Positions 28,033 through 39,453 of a DNA stretch of 62,367 bases are shown one piece after another. The stretch is taken from positions 1-62,367 of the forward strand of contig CALQBK020000003.1 in assembly GCA_943328795.2 (NCBI GenBank), in the 5' to 3' direction. Within the stretch, counting starts at the first letter, position 1, and every line of letters begins with the position of its first letter. A program made the position numbers and the translations under genes. The notes below the pieces were generated by a model, which was not told the DNA's origin, ran no database searches, and saw only the letters and a list, made by a program, of their open reading frames with translations. The stretch is from Bifidobacterium breve. GTDB taxonomy: Bacteria > Myxococcota_A > UBA796 > SXON01.

Positions 28033-30357
28033 TCACGGGGCTGTCGCGATCCACAGCAAGGTGGTGCTCCGCACGTCGGTGTCGGCCTTGCGGGCGCGCA
28101 CGTCGACGGTGTCGAACACGAGCTGGTCGGGGGTGAGCCGCGCGGCGAGGGCCTGCACCTCCTGGTCGAGCTCGGCGGCGAGGCGCCCGTGCTCAAGCTT
28201 GGCCTGGGCGAGCGCTTCGCGGGCGACCGCTACGTCGTCGTGCGCGCCCAGGTTTCGGTTCGTGGTGCGCGCGGCGCGAGTCACCTTCGAGACCGCGGAG
28301 CCGCCGCCGAAGATCGCGCCGAAAATCGCTCCGCCCCAGGTCGCGACCGTGTCGAGGTTCGCCGCCGTGGCGTCCGCCTGCTCCTTCGCCAGCCGCGCCT
28401 GGGCCTTCGACACGCGCTCGGCCTGCGCCGCCATTCGCGCGGCGAACCGGGCCTGGATCGCGCTGACGCCGGTGTCGCGGGCCTCGCGCGCGGCGAGCGC
28501 GACCCGCGCGCGGAACGCCCCGGCGGCCTCGCCGAGCCCGGCGATCGTCTGGGTCGCTGCGCAGCGGGCGAGCGCGACGCTGCGGGACTGGTAGACCCAC
28601 GCCGCGTAGGCGCGCGAGAGCTGTGTCCCGGCACCCTTGCGCAGCCAGGTCGCCGGTGGCGGCTCGAACGCGACGCCCGCCGCGGGCGTGTCCCGGAGCG
28701 CCGCCCGATCCACCACGCGCGCGCGGGCCCAGTCCGGGCCATCCGCGCCCGGGGGTGCAGCCAGCACGAGGTCGACCCAGCCGTCTACCTTCGCCTTCGC
28801 GTCCACGTAGTGCACGCGGGACACCACGAGCACGTGCGGCTCGTACACGCCCCGGTCCCCGAGGAACGCCTCCGGCAGGTCCACGGGGAGCGGCGGGCGC
28901 GTCGGCGCCCCTGCGCGGGGGGTGACCGGCGCTGCAGGCTCGGTGGGGAGCGTGCGAGGCGCGGACGGCAGGGCGGCGCGAGCCGAGGAGGTGAGCCGCT
29001 TGATCTCCTCGCGGGTGATCGGGCCCCGCAGGTAGCTCATCGTCCAGCGGGTCTCGAACGTGACCGCCGCGGGCGCGTAGACGCTGTGGAGCACGAAGTG
29101 ACGTGGGGCGAGGCTCGCGAGCGTGCGCTCCATGGCCGCGCGGTCGAACGCCCCCGCGTTGGCGCCCTCGAGGCCGTCGAGCACACGCAGCTTGTCGCGC
29201 TCGGTCTGCAGGCGCCCGAGGAACCACGTGCCGCAGTTGGCGAGCCCCTTGTAGTCGAGATCGACGGGGTTCTGCGTCGCGAGCACCATCCCGAGGCCGA
29301 ACGCGCGGGCCTGCTTGAGCAGCGTGAGCATCGGCGGCTTGCTCGGCGGGTTCGCCGTCGGCGGGAAGTACCCCTGGATCTCGTCCATGAAGCACAGCGC
29401 CCGCAGGCTCGACGTGCCGCCTTGCGCCCGCATCCAGCCGAGCAGCGCTGTGAGCAGCGACGCGACGACGAACATGCGCTCGGCGTCGCCGAGGTGCGCG
29501 ATCGAGACGATCGCGGTGCGTGGCTTGCCCGCCGGGGTGTACAGCAGGCGCCCGATGTCGAGCGGCTCGCCCTCCACCCACGCCGCGGCGCCGGGCGACC
29601 CCAACAGGTTGTTCAGGGCCATCGCGAGCCCCGCGCGCTCCTTCGCCGGGTAGAAGCTCTCGAGGTCGAGCACCCCGACGCGCTCGAACGGCGGGCGCTG
29701 GACCGCCTCGATCAGCCCGGCCAAGTCGACGTCCTGCCCCGCTTTCCAGGCGTCTTGGAGGATCCGCGAGAGCAACACGTGCTCGCGGCTCTGCAGCGGG
29801 TCGGCGTCGATCCCGAGCAGCCCCAGCAGCGACGCCGAGGTGCTCACGATGCGCTCCCGTACAGCGTCGGCGTCTGCGGCTGGCGGTGGCGCGTCGAACG
29901 AGCGCAGCATCGCGAGGGGCACCCCGGCGCTGCTGCCGGGGGTGTAGATCCGCACGTCCGACGCCGCCTGCAGCCGGCCGATGCGCGCCCCGTCTTGGCC
30001 CCAGCGGCCAAGGCCATCCCGCCACTCCGTGGCGCTCCGCTCGGCGAGCACGTCCACGCCGACCCCCTGGCGCTCGGCGACCTGGGCGTCGACCCACGGG
30101 GCGAAGTCGGCCCCCGCGAGCCTTGGGAACGCGAGCGCGAGGTTGCCGAGGTCCCCCTTCGGGTCGATCGCCAACACGGGGATGCCGTCCATCGCGGCCT
30201 CCTCCAAGAGCGCGATGGACAAGCCCGTCTTGCCGCTGCCCGTCATGCCCATCACCACGGCGTGCGTGGTGAAGTGCTTGCTTTGCAGGAGGAGGGGGGC
30301 CTGCTGGCCCGCTTCGCGGCCCACGTAGAAGAGGCCGAGCTGCTCGAAGTCGATCAC
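28033..30357 (-). CDS. HerA/FtsK-superfamily ATPase (DUF87/DUF853-like) with C-terminal coiled coil
   Basis: Walker [15 protein letters not shown], Walker [19 protein letters not shown]. Confidence 0.85.
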   Translation of the reverse strand: MIDFEQLGLFYVGREAGQQAPLLLQSKHFTTHAVVMGMTGSGKTGLSIALLEEAAMDGIPVLAIDPKGDLGNLALAFPRLAGADFAPWVDAQVAERQGVGVDVLAERSATEWRDGLGRWGQDGARIGRLQAASDVRIYTPGSSAGVPLAMLRSFDAPPPAADADAVRERIVSTSASLLGLLGIDADPLQSREHVLLSRILQDAWKAGQDVDLAGLIEAVQRPPFERVGVLDLESFYPAKERAGLAMALNNLLGSPGAAAWVEGEPLDIGRLLYTPAGKPRTAIVSIAHLGDAERMFVVASLLTALLGWMRAQGGTSSLRALCFMDEIQGYFPPTANPPSKPPMLTLLKQARAFGLGMVLATQNPVDLDYKGLANCGTWFLGRLQTERDKLRVLDGLEGANAGAFDRAAMERTLASLAPRHFVLHSVYAPAAVTFETRWTMSYLRGPITREEIKRLTSSARAALPSAPRTLPTEPAAPVTPRAGAPTRPPLPVDLPEAFLGDRGVYEPHVLVVSRVHYVDAKAKVDGWVDLVLAAPPGADGPDWARARVVDRAALRDTPAAGVAFEPPPATWLRKGAGTQLSRAYAAWVYQSRSVALARCAATQTIAGLGEAAGAFRARVALAAREARDTGVSAIQARFAARMAAQAERVSKAQARLAKEQADATAANLDTVATWGGAIFGAIFGGGSAVSKVTRAARTTNRNLGAHDDVAVAREALAQAKLEHGRLAAELDQEVQALAARLTPDQLVFDTVDVRARKADTDVRSTTLLWIATAP

Positions 30358-30438
30358 GTGGCGGGCCCTGGGTGGCGGGGGTGTGGGCGAGCGCAGCCTA
30401 TGGTCCGGTGCGCGAGCCCGCACGCTCGCGGCCTGCGG

Positions 30439-32385
30439 TCAGGAGCGGCGGACGAGCCGCCCGGCGAGCTCCAACAGGTCGCGCACGGGGTACGGCTTCT
30501 GGATGAACTCCACCGCTCCGTGGCCGATGAGCCGGCGGGTCTGCCCGAGCTCGTTGAAGCCGCTGGTCATCACCACCGGGGTGTTCGGTCTGAGCGCGTT
30601 GATCTGCACCAGCGCCTCCTCGCCGCCCAACCTTGGCATGGTGAGGTCCAACAGCACGAGGTCGATCGTGTCGGCGTGCACCGCGAAGGTAGCGACACCC
30701 GCTTCGCCGTCCTCGGCCTCGAGCACCTTGAAGCCGCCGAATTCGAGGGCAGCGCGCATGAACGCTCGCACGGCGGGCTCGTCGTCGACCACGAGGATCG
30801 TGCCCTGGGCCGCCAACGGGGCGGGGCTCGGCGGGGCGGGGGCGATCCCGCTCGCCGCGGCGGGGAGGTAGACGAAGAACGTGGTGCCGACGCCCGGCGC
30901 GCTCTGGACACGCACCAGGCCCCGGTGCCCGCGGACAATGCCTTGGACCGCCGCGAGGCCGAGCCCGCGGCCCTCGGGCTTCGTCGTGAAGAAGGGCTCG
31001 AAGATCTTGGCGGCGGTGGCGGCGTCCATCCCGCACCCGGTGTCGGAGACCTCGACCACCACGAACTCCCCGGGGGTGGCGTCCGGGAAGCCTGGGCACG
31101 CCTTGAGGTCCGCGGGCCCCAGGGCCTGCACCCCGGTGCGGATCTTGACGGCGCCAGCCTCGTCCCCGTGAGCCTGCGCCGCGTTGATGACGAGGTTCAT
31201 CAACACCTGGTTGAGCTGCGAGCGGTCCGCGTCCACGACGCGGACCCGGCCGGCGTCCAGGCGGAGGGTCACCTTTCGAGAGATGCTGGCGTGGAGCAGG
31301 CCGACGAGCTCTACCAGCTGGCCGTTCACGTCTACCGGCTCGACCGTGAGCCGTCGGCGCCCCGAGAACGAGAGGAGCTGCGCTGTGAGGTCGGAGGCGC
31401 GCTTGGCGGCGCTCACCATCGACGCGATCGACCCGGACGCCGGGTGTGTGCGCTCCAGCTGGAGCTCGGCGAGCGACGCGTTGCCCAGGATCGCGGTGAG
31501 CAGGTTGTTGAAGTCGTGCGCGATCCCGCCCGCGAGCAGGCTCAGGCTCTCGAGCTTCTGCACCCGCAGCAGCTCGGCGTGGACCTGCTCCCGGTACGCC
31601 TGGTTCGCGACGCGCTCGGTCACGTCCTGCACGAGGCCCCACACCGAGAGGCGGTCCGACCCGGGCTGCTCGCGGAGCTGCCCATCTTCGGCGATCCAGC
31701 GCCAGCCGGTGGCGTCGCCATTGCGGTACTCGACGTGGTAGCGGTCGCCCGGTCGACGCACTGCGGCGCGGGCGTCAAACAGGGCCGCGAGGTCGTCGGG
31801 GTGGACGCGCTGGGTGTCGCCGCCCGGCGCCAACGCGTCGTCCGGGGCGACACCGAGCAGCGCCGCAACGTCCCCGCGCACCCACTCGAGGCGCCACCCC
31901 GTAGGGTTCACGCGCCACACGACGACGTGCAGCGCCAAAAGCAGCTCGTCGTAGCGTTTTTCGGCTTCTTCGGCGACCCGGCGGCTGCGCACGTGCTCGG
32001 TCACCTCGAACGCGAACGTGGTCAGCCCGTCGACCGTGCCCGTAGCGTCCCGGCTCGGCTGGAATGTCAGGTTCCAATACCGCTCCTCGGGCTGGCCCCC
32101 CGGGGTGCGGGGCGTGTCGGCCCGCGCGCCGTTGGCGACGAACGGCTCGCCCGTCGTGTGCACCCGGTCGAAGATCGCGAGGTAGCCTTGCTCGACGAAC
32201 TCGGGGAACGCCTCGGCGTAAGGCCGGCCCGTGAGCGGCCGCCCGTCGCTCGACGCCCGGAAGAGACGGTTCGCGAAGACGAAGTGGTGATCCTTGCCGC
32301 GGTGGACGGAGATCAGGGCGGGGGCGTCTTCGAACGCCCGCTCAATCCAGCGCTTCGCCGCGTCGTCGCTGGGGGGTTCGGTCAT
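30439..32385 (-). CDS. PAS-PAS hybrid histidine kinase/receiver
   Basis: AHDFNNLL, NLVINA, DTGCG, FEPFFTTK, GLGL, VVDDE...LLDLTMP. Confidence 0.95.
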   Translation of the reverse strand: MTEPPSDDAAKRWIERAFEDAPALISVHRGKDHHFVFANRLFRASSDGRPLTGRPYAEAFPEFVEQGYLAIFDRVHTTGEPFVANGARADTPRTPGGQPEERYWNLTFQPSRDATGTVDGLTTFAFEVTEHVRSRRVAEEAEKRYDELLLALHVVVWRVNPTGWRLEWVRGDVAALLGVAPDDALAPGGDTQRVHPDDLAALFDARAAVRRPGDRYHVEYRNGDATGWRWIAEDGQLREQPGSDRLSVWGLVQDVTERVANQAYREQVHAELLRVQKLESLSLLAGGIAHDFNNLLTAILGNASLAELQLERTHPASGSIASMVSAAKRASDLTAQLLSFSGRRRLTVEPVDVNGQLVELVGLLHASISRKVTLRLDAGRVRVVDADRSQLNQVLMNLVINAAQAHGDEAGAVKIRTGVQALGPADLKACPGFPDATPGEFVVVEVSDTGCGMDAATAAKIFEPFFTTKPEGRGLGLAAVQGIVRGHRGLVRVQSAPGVGTTFFVYLPAAASGIAPAPPSPAPLAAQGTILVVDDEPAVRAFMRAALEFGGFKVLEAEDGEAGVATFAVHADTIDLVLLDLTMPRLGGEEALVQINALRPNTPVVMTSGFNELGQTRRLIGHGAVEFIQKPYPVRDLLELAGRLVRRS

Positions 32386-32417
32386 CCGCTCCGCTTAGCG
32401 CCTCGAACCGGATGCCG

Positions 32418-33497
32418 TCAAGCCGGGTTTCGTCCAACGATTATTTGTGAATTCGACGGCTGCCTCAGCGACGCCCACGCGCGCCCGAGGAAGAACTGGA
32501 ACGGCACGTGGAGCCGACCCGACCAACTGCCCTCGTCGTGCTTGCCGTCCGGGAAGCTGAACTGCACGAGGTCCTGGCCGAGCACGTAGCCGCGGGACAG
32601 CAGCAGGTCGCGCATCGCGTTCGTCGCGTCAAAGTTGTCCCGGGGCCAGCCGCTGTCCAAGTAGAGCAGGATGTCGCGCTTCGGCTCGTTCTCGATGCGC
32701 TGGAACAGGTCGTCCTGGAACCCGAACGTCGACGAGAGGCAAGCGGCGCGCCCGAACACGCCAGGGTGCTCCCACGCCAGGTACAGCGAGACGACCCCGC
32801 CGAGGGAGGAGCCCATCACGACTGTGTCCGTGGGGCCGGGTCGAGTCCTGAACAGCTCGTCCATCAGCGGTTTTAGGCGCTCCACCATGAAGCGCCCGTA
32901 CGCCTGGTAGCCGGGGTGGGTGTACTGGAGCATGCGGTCTGCCGGGGCGACCCCGACGACCAGCGCCTTCCGGATGGCGTTCATCCGGTCCAGGCGGTCC
33001 ATCGTCTCGTCCACCTGCCACTCTTGCCCGGCGAACGCCTCTTCCGGCAGGAACAGGTTCTGCCCGTCGTTCATGTACACCACGGGGAAGCGCCGGAGCG
33101 TGTTCTCGTCGTACCCCGGCGGGAAGTACACCCGGACGGCGTGGGAGCGCTCGTCCCCCTCGACGCAAGGCACCCGCAAGATCTCGGACACCCGTCCGCG
33201 CTCTTCACCAAAAAAGTACGGCCAGATGTCGGGATCCGGCTCGTGTGCCGAGAGCACGTAGTCGCTGCCCTTGGACCAGTGGAGGGCGTCGCTGTCCCGG
33301 ATGCAGGGCTTCACCGCGTGGAACGGGGCCGAGAAGGGGATGTCGAACACCACGCGGTCGCCGAGCGCGCCGGGGAGGCCGGGGTCCAAGACCTCCACCG
33401 GCAGCAGGTCGGCGTCCCAGTCGAGGTCCGTGCGGAGGACGAGCCGGGCGGAGCGGCTCTCGAGGGATCCCAGCGGGTAGGTGACGGTGATGCGCAT
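32418..33497 (-). CDS. Alpha/beta-hydrolase (putative esterase family)
   Basis: PVVYMNDGQNLF, GSSLGG nucleophile elbow, HDEGSW. Confidence 0.88.
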   Translation of the reverse strand: MRITVTYPLGSLESRSARLVLRTDLDWDADLLPVEVLDPGLPGALGDRVVFDIPFSAPFHAVKPCIRDSDALHWSKGSDYVLSAHEPDPDIWPYFFGEERGRVSEILRVPCVEGDERSHAVRVYFPPGYDENTLRRFPVVYMNDGQNLFLPEEAFAGQEWQVDETMDRLDRMNAIRKALVVGVAPADRMLQYTHPGYQAYGRFMVERLKPLMDELFRTRPGPTDTVVMGSSLGGVVSLYLAWEHPGVFGRAACLSSTFGFQDDLFQRIENEPKRDILLYLDSGWPRDNFDATNAMRDLLLSRGYVLGQDLVQFSFPDGKHDEGSWSGRLHVPFQFFLGRAWASLRQPSNSQIIVGRNPA

Positions 33498-33636
33498 GCG
33501 CGCCACCTATCGCCCGGTCCGCTGACCGCTCAGGTCCTCGCCCCGTCGGGGTCTGTGGCGATATTGCCCCAATCGGCCATGATTTTGTGGTAGCGAGGGG
33601 CGTGCTTTCACGCCTCCCCTCTCACGAGCCCCTCGC

Positions 33637-34734
33637 TTGACCCTCGCCGGCGGGCGGGGGGCTGCGCTGCGTGTGGCCCTTGGGTTCGGGGCCGTAGCGT
33701 GTGTGATGGCCGCGGTGCTGAACCGCCCGGGCGGCCTCGAGGGGGTCAAGAACCTCGTGGTGTTCCCGCTGCTCGGCGTGGTCGCGACGGGGCTGCTCGC
33801 GCTCCTCGTCGCCCGACCCCGGAGCGAGCCTCGCGTCGCGATCGCGACGCTGGTGGTCTTCATGGGGTACGTCCTGGGGGAGATCGGCTTCACGCTGTTG
33901 GTGCTCGGGATGGACCCGGCGTTCGACGTGCTTGTCGCGCTGTTCCCGCTCATCCCCTGGACCGCGGGGATGTTGTTGTTCGCGTTCCTGGTGCTGGACG
34001 GGCCTCGCGCGCTCGGCGTGGGCTCGGCGTGCTCGTTGTGCTCTGCGCTCCTGGTGCTCGCGTACGCGTGGCAGCACCGCGGGGCGGTGGACGCGCGGCG
34101 GCTCAACGGGCTGGCGCAGGCCTTCGTGCTCGCGCCGGGGTTCACCGTCGCGCTGCTCCGGGCGGTGGTGAACACGTCCAGGGAGCTCGCGAGCGCGCAG
34201 ATCGAGGCCAGGCGGTTCGCTGGGTTGGCGTTGACCGACGAGCTGACGGGGTTGTTCAATCGCCGCGCCGCGGTTCGCTCGCTCGAGCAGGCGCTGGCCC
34301 AGCAGCGCAGGAACGGGCTCGCGGCGACGGCGGTCATCGTGGACCTGGACCACTTCAAGCTCGTGAACGACCGCCATGGGCACGACGCTGGCGACGCCGC
34401 GCTCAGGCACGTCGCGGCAGTGTTTCGCCCGCTCGTCCGAAGCTCCGACACGCTCGCGCGGTGGGGCGGCGAGGAATTCTTGCTCGTGTGCTCCTCGGAG
34501 CCGCCGACGGACCCGGCGGTGCTCTGTGAGCGGTTTCGCGCCGCGCTCGAGGGCTCAGTCGTGCCCGGGCACGGGTTCAGCCTCACGGCGAGCTTCGGCG
34601 CTGCGATCGCCGCGCCGCACGAGTCTGCCGAGAGCGTCGTGCACCGGGCGGACGTCGCGCTCTACGAGGCCAAGCGGGCGGGACGAAACCGGGCGGTCAT
34701 CGCTGGGCCGGACCTAGCTACGCCCACTGGGTGA
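33637..34734 (+). CDS. Membrane-bound diguanylate cyclase
   Basis: TM helices; TDELTGLFNRR, DLDHFK, RSSD I-site, GGEEF; start uncertain. Confidence 0.92.
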   Translation: MTLAGGRGAALRVALGFGAVACVMAAVLNRPGGLEGVKNLVVFPLLGVVATGLLALLVARPRSEPRVAIATLVVFMGYVLGEIGFTLLVLGMDPAFDVLVALFPLIPWTAGMLLFAFLVLDGPRALGVGSACSLCSALLVLAYAWQHRGAVDARRLNGLAQAFVLAPGFTVALLRAVVNTSRELASAQIEARRFAGLALTDELTGLFNRRAAVRSLEQALAQQRRNGLAATAVIVDLDHFKLVNDRHGHDAGDAALRHVAAVFRPLVRSSDTLARWGGEEFLLVCSSEPPTDPAVLCERFRAALEGSVVPGHGFSLTASFGAAIAAPHESAESVVHRADVALYEAKRAGRNRAVIAGPDLATPTG

Positions 34735-35095
34735 GCGAGACGAGGTTTCCGTCGGGGTCCTTGAACCAGGCCACCACCGCCGAGCCGTCGGGGGACGACC
34801 ACGTGCCGAGGTCATCCTGCTGGAGGAACGGGTAGCGCTCCAACGCGACGCCGAGCCCGGCCAGCTCGGCGGCGACCTTGCGAATGTCGTTCACCTTCCA
34901 ACCCACTTGGGTGAAGGGGTGAGGGGTGTAGTCGGCGACCTTCTGCACCCTGAGCATCGTGCCGTTGGCGTCGAACACGAGCGCGTAGGGGCTGTCCTCG
35001 ACGAGCGTGAGCCCGAGGACGTCCCGGTAGAAGTGGAGCGCCCGGGCGGAGTCGCGGGTCACGGAGAAGGCGATGAGGGAGGCGGAGGCGAGCAT
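34718..35095 (-). CDS. VOC/glyoxalase-family protein
   Basis: FYRDVLGL, AWFKDPDGN. Confidence 0.9.
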   Translation of the reverse strand: MLASASLIAFSVTRDSARALHFYRDVLGLTLVEDSPYALVFDANGTMLRVQKVADYTPHPFTQVGWKVNDIRKVAAELAGLGVALERYPFLQQDDLGTWSSPDGSAVVAWFKDPDGNLVSLTQWA

Positions 35096-35103
35096 GGGTC
35101 ACC

Positions 35104-35299
35104 CTAGCCCAGGATGTGCCGCAAGCGGCCCCTCCCGGGCTAGGTTGTTCTGCTTCGCCCTGCTTCCTTCGCCGACCCCGCACAGAGAAAAGGCGCGCCC
35201 TGCGGGTGCTCTCTTTTCACACAGGGGGTCGGCGAAGGCGGGCGAAGCAAGAGCCCAAATTGCGCGCTGCGGCTGCGCCTCGCGCACACTTTGGGCTAG
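35104..35299. repeat. Structured palindromic intergenic element (MITE/REPIN-like or ncRNA)
   Basis: CTAG at both ends, 13/16 terminal inverted match, internal perfect 14-bp and 10-bp stems. Confidence 0.6.
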
Positions 35300-35302
35300 C
35301 CC

Positions 35303-35899
35303 CTAGTCCGGCTTCACGTACCTGCGCTGCTTCGCCACCGCCCGCCGCTTCCGCCATCCCCGCGCCAGCCAGCCGACGCCAAGCCCGCAGGCGACGGCGA
35401 CGAGCACCGGGCGTTGGTGCACGAGCATGCCCTCCAGCAACGCGACGCTGGCGTCCCCGTACTGCATCCCCGCCCACAGGCAGAGGGGCGTGGTGATCGC
35501 GAGGCCGAGCACGTCCAGGAGCAGGAAGCGGCTCGCGCCGACGCCCAGCAGCCCCGCCGCGAAGAACAGCGGCGCGCGGGCGCCGATCGCGAACCGGGTG
35601 AGGAACACGATGCCCTCCCGTTGGCGCACCGAGCGTGCCTGGAGCTTTCCGAGGGCGCGGGCGAGCCGCGGCCGGCCGTCTACGAACGCGCGGACGCGGG
35701 GGCCGGCGAGCCGCCCGGCGCCGAACACGGACGCGTCCCGCCCCAACGTGCCCAGGCCGCCTGCGAACAGCGCGCTCGCCAGCGTCATCTCCCCGCGCGA
35801 GATCGCGAGGCCTGCGAGCAGCAGCGGCACGTCCTCGGGGACCGGGACGATCACGCCGCTGACGAGGCAGCTCGTGAACAGGGCGAGGGCGGGGCTCAC
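35303..35899 (-). CDS. DedA/VTT-family membrane protein
   Basis: PVPEDVPLLLAG, FLTRFAIGAR; GTG start overlaps the upstream stop. Confidence 0.88.
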   Translation of the reverse strand: MSPALALFTSCLVSGVIVPVPEDVPLLLAGLAISRGEMTLASALFAGGLGTLGRDASVFGAGRLAGPRVRAFVDGRPRLARALGKLQARSVRQREGIVFLTRFAIGARAPLFFAAGLLGVGASRFLLLDVLGLAITTPLCLWAGMQYGDASVALLEGMLVHQRPVLVAVACGLGVGWLARGWRKRRAVAKQRRYVKPD

Positions 35900-36405
35900 C
35901 CGCCCGTCTGGGCGCCGGCGAGCAGGGCCTCGGCCGCCTCGAGGCGGCGGATGACGCCCTTTCGCGTCTCCTTCGCTCGCGCCGCGACGATGGTAGGAAG
36001 CGCGTCCTTTACGCCCAGCAACGCCAGCATCTCGGCGGCGGGCGCGACGATGTTCGGCGCGTCGAGCGCGCGGACACACTGCTCAGGCAGCCGCGCCTCG
36101 AGCTCGTCCAAGTTGGAGAGCGCCATGTCGCGCGCCAGCGACCCCTCGCGCCCGTGGGCGACCGCGCGCTGCGCGTGTACGAGCTGCTGCTTGAGCGCCC
36201 GCGCCGCGTAAAGCCGGTTCGGCTTGTTGTCCGACACGAGGTCGGTCAAGAGCTCCGAGGTGCTCTTCTGCTGGGCGCCCGCGGACTGGCTGGACTCGCC
36301 GTCCGGCCCGCCGGGGTCAGACGTGGACGCGAACGACGGCCGCGGGCAAAAGAGCGAGAGCCCCAGGAGCAAAAACATGCGTCCGGCGAGGCGGGGAATG
36401 TACAA
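35896..36405 (-). CDS. Exported helical (HEAT-like) hypothetical protein
   Basis: Signal-like N-terminus ending SFA; RLYAARAL and AAEMLALLG repeats; start 36405 or 36379. Confidence 0.65.
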   Translation of the reverse strand: MYIPRLAGRMFLLLGLSLFCPRPSFASTSDPGGPDGESSQSAGAQQKSTSELLTDLVSDNKPNRLYAARALKQQLVHAQRAVAHGREGSLARDMALSNLDELEARLPEQCVRALDAPNIVAPAAEMLALLGVKDALPTIVAARAKETRKGVIRRLEAAEALLAGAQTGG

Positions 36406-36470
36406 ATTCGTCTCCTGGCTATACGACCGGGTCGGGGCTCGCGCGGGCGGGCGACCGCCCGGATAACCGA

Positions 36471-38588
36471 GTGCGCCTCATGCCTGTGTTCGAACTCCCC
36501 CGCGTGGGCGCAGATTCCCCGATCGTGATGGACGCTGTCGCGGACGAAGCGGCGTGGGGGAGCGCGCTTGTGATCCCGCAGCTGGTCACCGCGACGCCCA
36601 AGCCCGGCCAGGCACCTACGGGGACGACGGTCGTGCGTGTGTTCTCGACGGGGGACACGCTCTACGTGTCGTTCGAGGTGACGGACCCAGAGCCCGAGCG
36701 CGTGCGCGCAGGGCTTGGGCGGCGGGATGGGCGGGGGCAAGACGACTCGATGGCCATCGCGGTCGACCCGGCGGGCGACGGGCAGCGGGCGTACTTGTTC
36801 CGGGTGACCCCCCTCGGGATCCAGGTCGATGGGCTCGTCGGGGGCGATGGCGACCTCGAGACCGCCTGGGACGCGTCCTGGTCCGCAGCGGCGCACCGCA
36901 CCCCCACCGGCTGGTCTGCCGAGCTCGGCATCCCCTGGTCCGTCATGCGCCACGCCCGCGAGGTCGACCACGTCGGCATCATGGTCGACCGGCTCGTCGC
37001 GCGCTCGAACGAGCGTTCGACCTGGCCGGCGACGGATCCGAGCAACCCGAGCATCCTCGCGCAGCTCGCGAGCATTCACGGGCCCGGCGCATTGCCGCGC
37101 TCCCAGGGGGGCTTTGTGCAGCCGGAGGCGACGTTCGGCTGGGGCAGCGCCGGCCCCGCGGCCGAGTGCCCCGTCGAGGGCCTGCCCGCAGCGGGCTGCG
37201 GCGCTCCGCCGGACCGCTACGGCTACTACGGCATCTCTCCCGGCTTGACCGCCGGCTACTCCCCCGCCCCCCAGGTCAGCCTGCTCGCTACCTTGAACCC
37301 GGACTTCTCGGAGATTGAGGGAGACTCCCAGACCATCGACGTCAACCGCCGGTACGCGCGGCAATTCGAGGAAAAGCGCCCGTTCTTCCTGGATGGTCAA
37401 GAGTGGTTCACCACGGTGTTCCCGGACGTCTCGTACACGCGGAGCATCCAGACACCCCGGTACGGCCTGCGGGGGACCTTCGAGCCCGGCGGGTGGCGCG
37501 TCGGCGTCATCCACGCGCTGGACGGCGCGCCGCCGTCGTCGGTCTCCGAGGGGGGCGGGTGGACGGACAGCGACCTCGAGGGGGCGGAGGCGCTCGCGAC
37601 GATGGTCTCGGTTCGACGCTCCGTCGGGGACGGCGGCTACGTCGGTGGGCTGTTGTCGGACCGCACGATCGTGGGTTCGGCTACGCCGCTCGCGAACCGC
37701 CTCGGGACGGTCGAGACGGCCTTCAATGTCGGCGATCACGCGCACATCGAGGGCGCCGCGGTCGCCTCCCAGACCGAGCTCGCGACCGGCGCAACGCCGG
37801 TCGCCCCCGCGGCGATGTTCTCGGCCGACTACGAGACCAAGAACCTGGAGTTCTGGACGTGGAACCGCTACATCAGCCCAGACTTCCACGCCGAGAACGG
37901 GTTCAACACGCGGGTCGACCTGGTGGGCACGTCGGCGGGCGTGACCTGGACGACCTACCCGTCGGCGAAGGTGATGCCGAGCTTGGCGGTCAGCCCGCTG
38001 AACGCGAGCGCGACGTGGACGACGCTGGGCGTGCCGCGTGGGCTGTGGTTGGAGAGCGAGGCGTGGGCGACGCTGCCGGCGGGCGGGGACGTCGGGATCA
38101 CCGGGGGCTACGGCGGCGAGCGGTACGCGGACACCTGGTTCGATGACAAGTGGCAGGTCGAGGCGGAGGGGGGAGCCGACCTGACCCGGTGGCTGTCGTT
38201 CTGGCTGTGGGGGTCGGAGTCCCGGGCGCTGTACTACGACGAGGCCGCGCCGTTCCTCGGGCAAGACTCTTCCGCGGGGGTGTGGCTGCGCCTGCAGCCG
38301 GTGCCGGCGGTGACAGCGTCCACGTCCATCGACGCAGAGTGGTTCAACCACGATGGCGTCGAGGTCTACTCGGGGTTCGTCGGGCGCGAGAAGATCGAGG
38401 TGTTCCTGACGCGCTCGCTCTGGGTGCGCGTGATCGCCGACCGGTCCACGTTCGACGCGCTCTGGACGGGCACGGCGCTGCTCGCGTGGGAGCCGGCACC
38501 CCGAAACGCCGCCTACCTGGGCGGCAGCTACAGCGACGACGGGTCCTGGGGGCTGGTCGCCAAGGTCGAGCGCAGCGTCGGGATCTGA
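36471..38588 (+). CDS. CBM9-like/DUF5916 outer-membrane protein
   Basis: GWSAELGIPW, TLNPDFSEIE, FEEKRPFFLDG, YTRSI; beta-strand C-terminus. Confidence 0.85.
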   Translation: MRLMPVFELPRVGADSPIVMDAVADEAAWGSALVIPQLVTATPKPGQAPTGTTVVRVFSTGDTLYVSFEVTDPEPERVRAGLGRRDGRGQDDSMAIAVDPAGDGQRAYLFRVTPLGIQVDGLVGGDGDLETAWDASWSAAAHRTPTGWSAELGIPWSVMRHAREVDHVGIMVDRLVARSNERSTWPATDPSNPSILAQLASIHGPGALPRSQGGFVQPEATFGWGSAGPAAECPVEGLPAAGCGAPPDRYGYYGISPGLTAGYSPAPQVSLLATLNPDFSEIEGDSQTIDVNRRYARQFEEKRPFFLDGQEWFTTVFPDVSYTRSIQTPRYGLRGTFEPGGWRVGVIHALDGAPPSSVSEGGGWTDSDLEGAEALATMVSVRRSVGDGGYVGGLLSDRTIVGSATPLANRLGTVETAFNVGDHAHIEGAAVASQTELATGATPVAPAAMFSADYETKNLEFWTWNRYISPDFHAENGFNTRVDLVGTSAGVTWTTYPSAKVMPSLAVSPLNASATWTTLGVPRGLWLESEAWATLPAGGDVGITGGYGGERYADTWFDDKWQVEAEGGADLTRWLSFWLWGSESRALYYDEAAPFLGQDSSAGVWLRLQPVPAVTASTSIDAEWFNHDGVEVYSGFVGREKIEVFLTRSLWVRVIADRSTFDALWTGTALLAWEPAPRNAAYLGGSYSDDGSWGLVAKVERSVGI

Positions 38589-38604
38589 CGCTCCCGGCCG
38601 GGCA

Positions 38605-39449
<845 letters not shown>

Positions 39450-39453
<4 letters not shown>

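Noticed and set aside
28033-30357. HerA-based anti-phage system
   Set aside because: No SIR2, NurA or nuclease partner adjacent, and the context is not a defence island
28189-32589. 1466-aa plus-strand ORF
   Set aside because: Antisense shadow of the HerA-like and histidine kinase genes; Arg/Gly/Ala-rich with no motifs, typical of high-GC DNA
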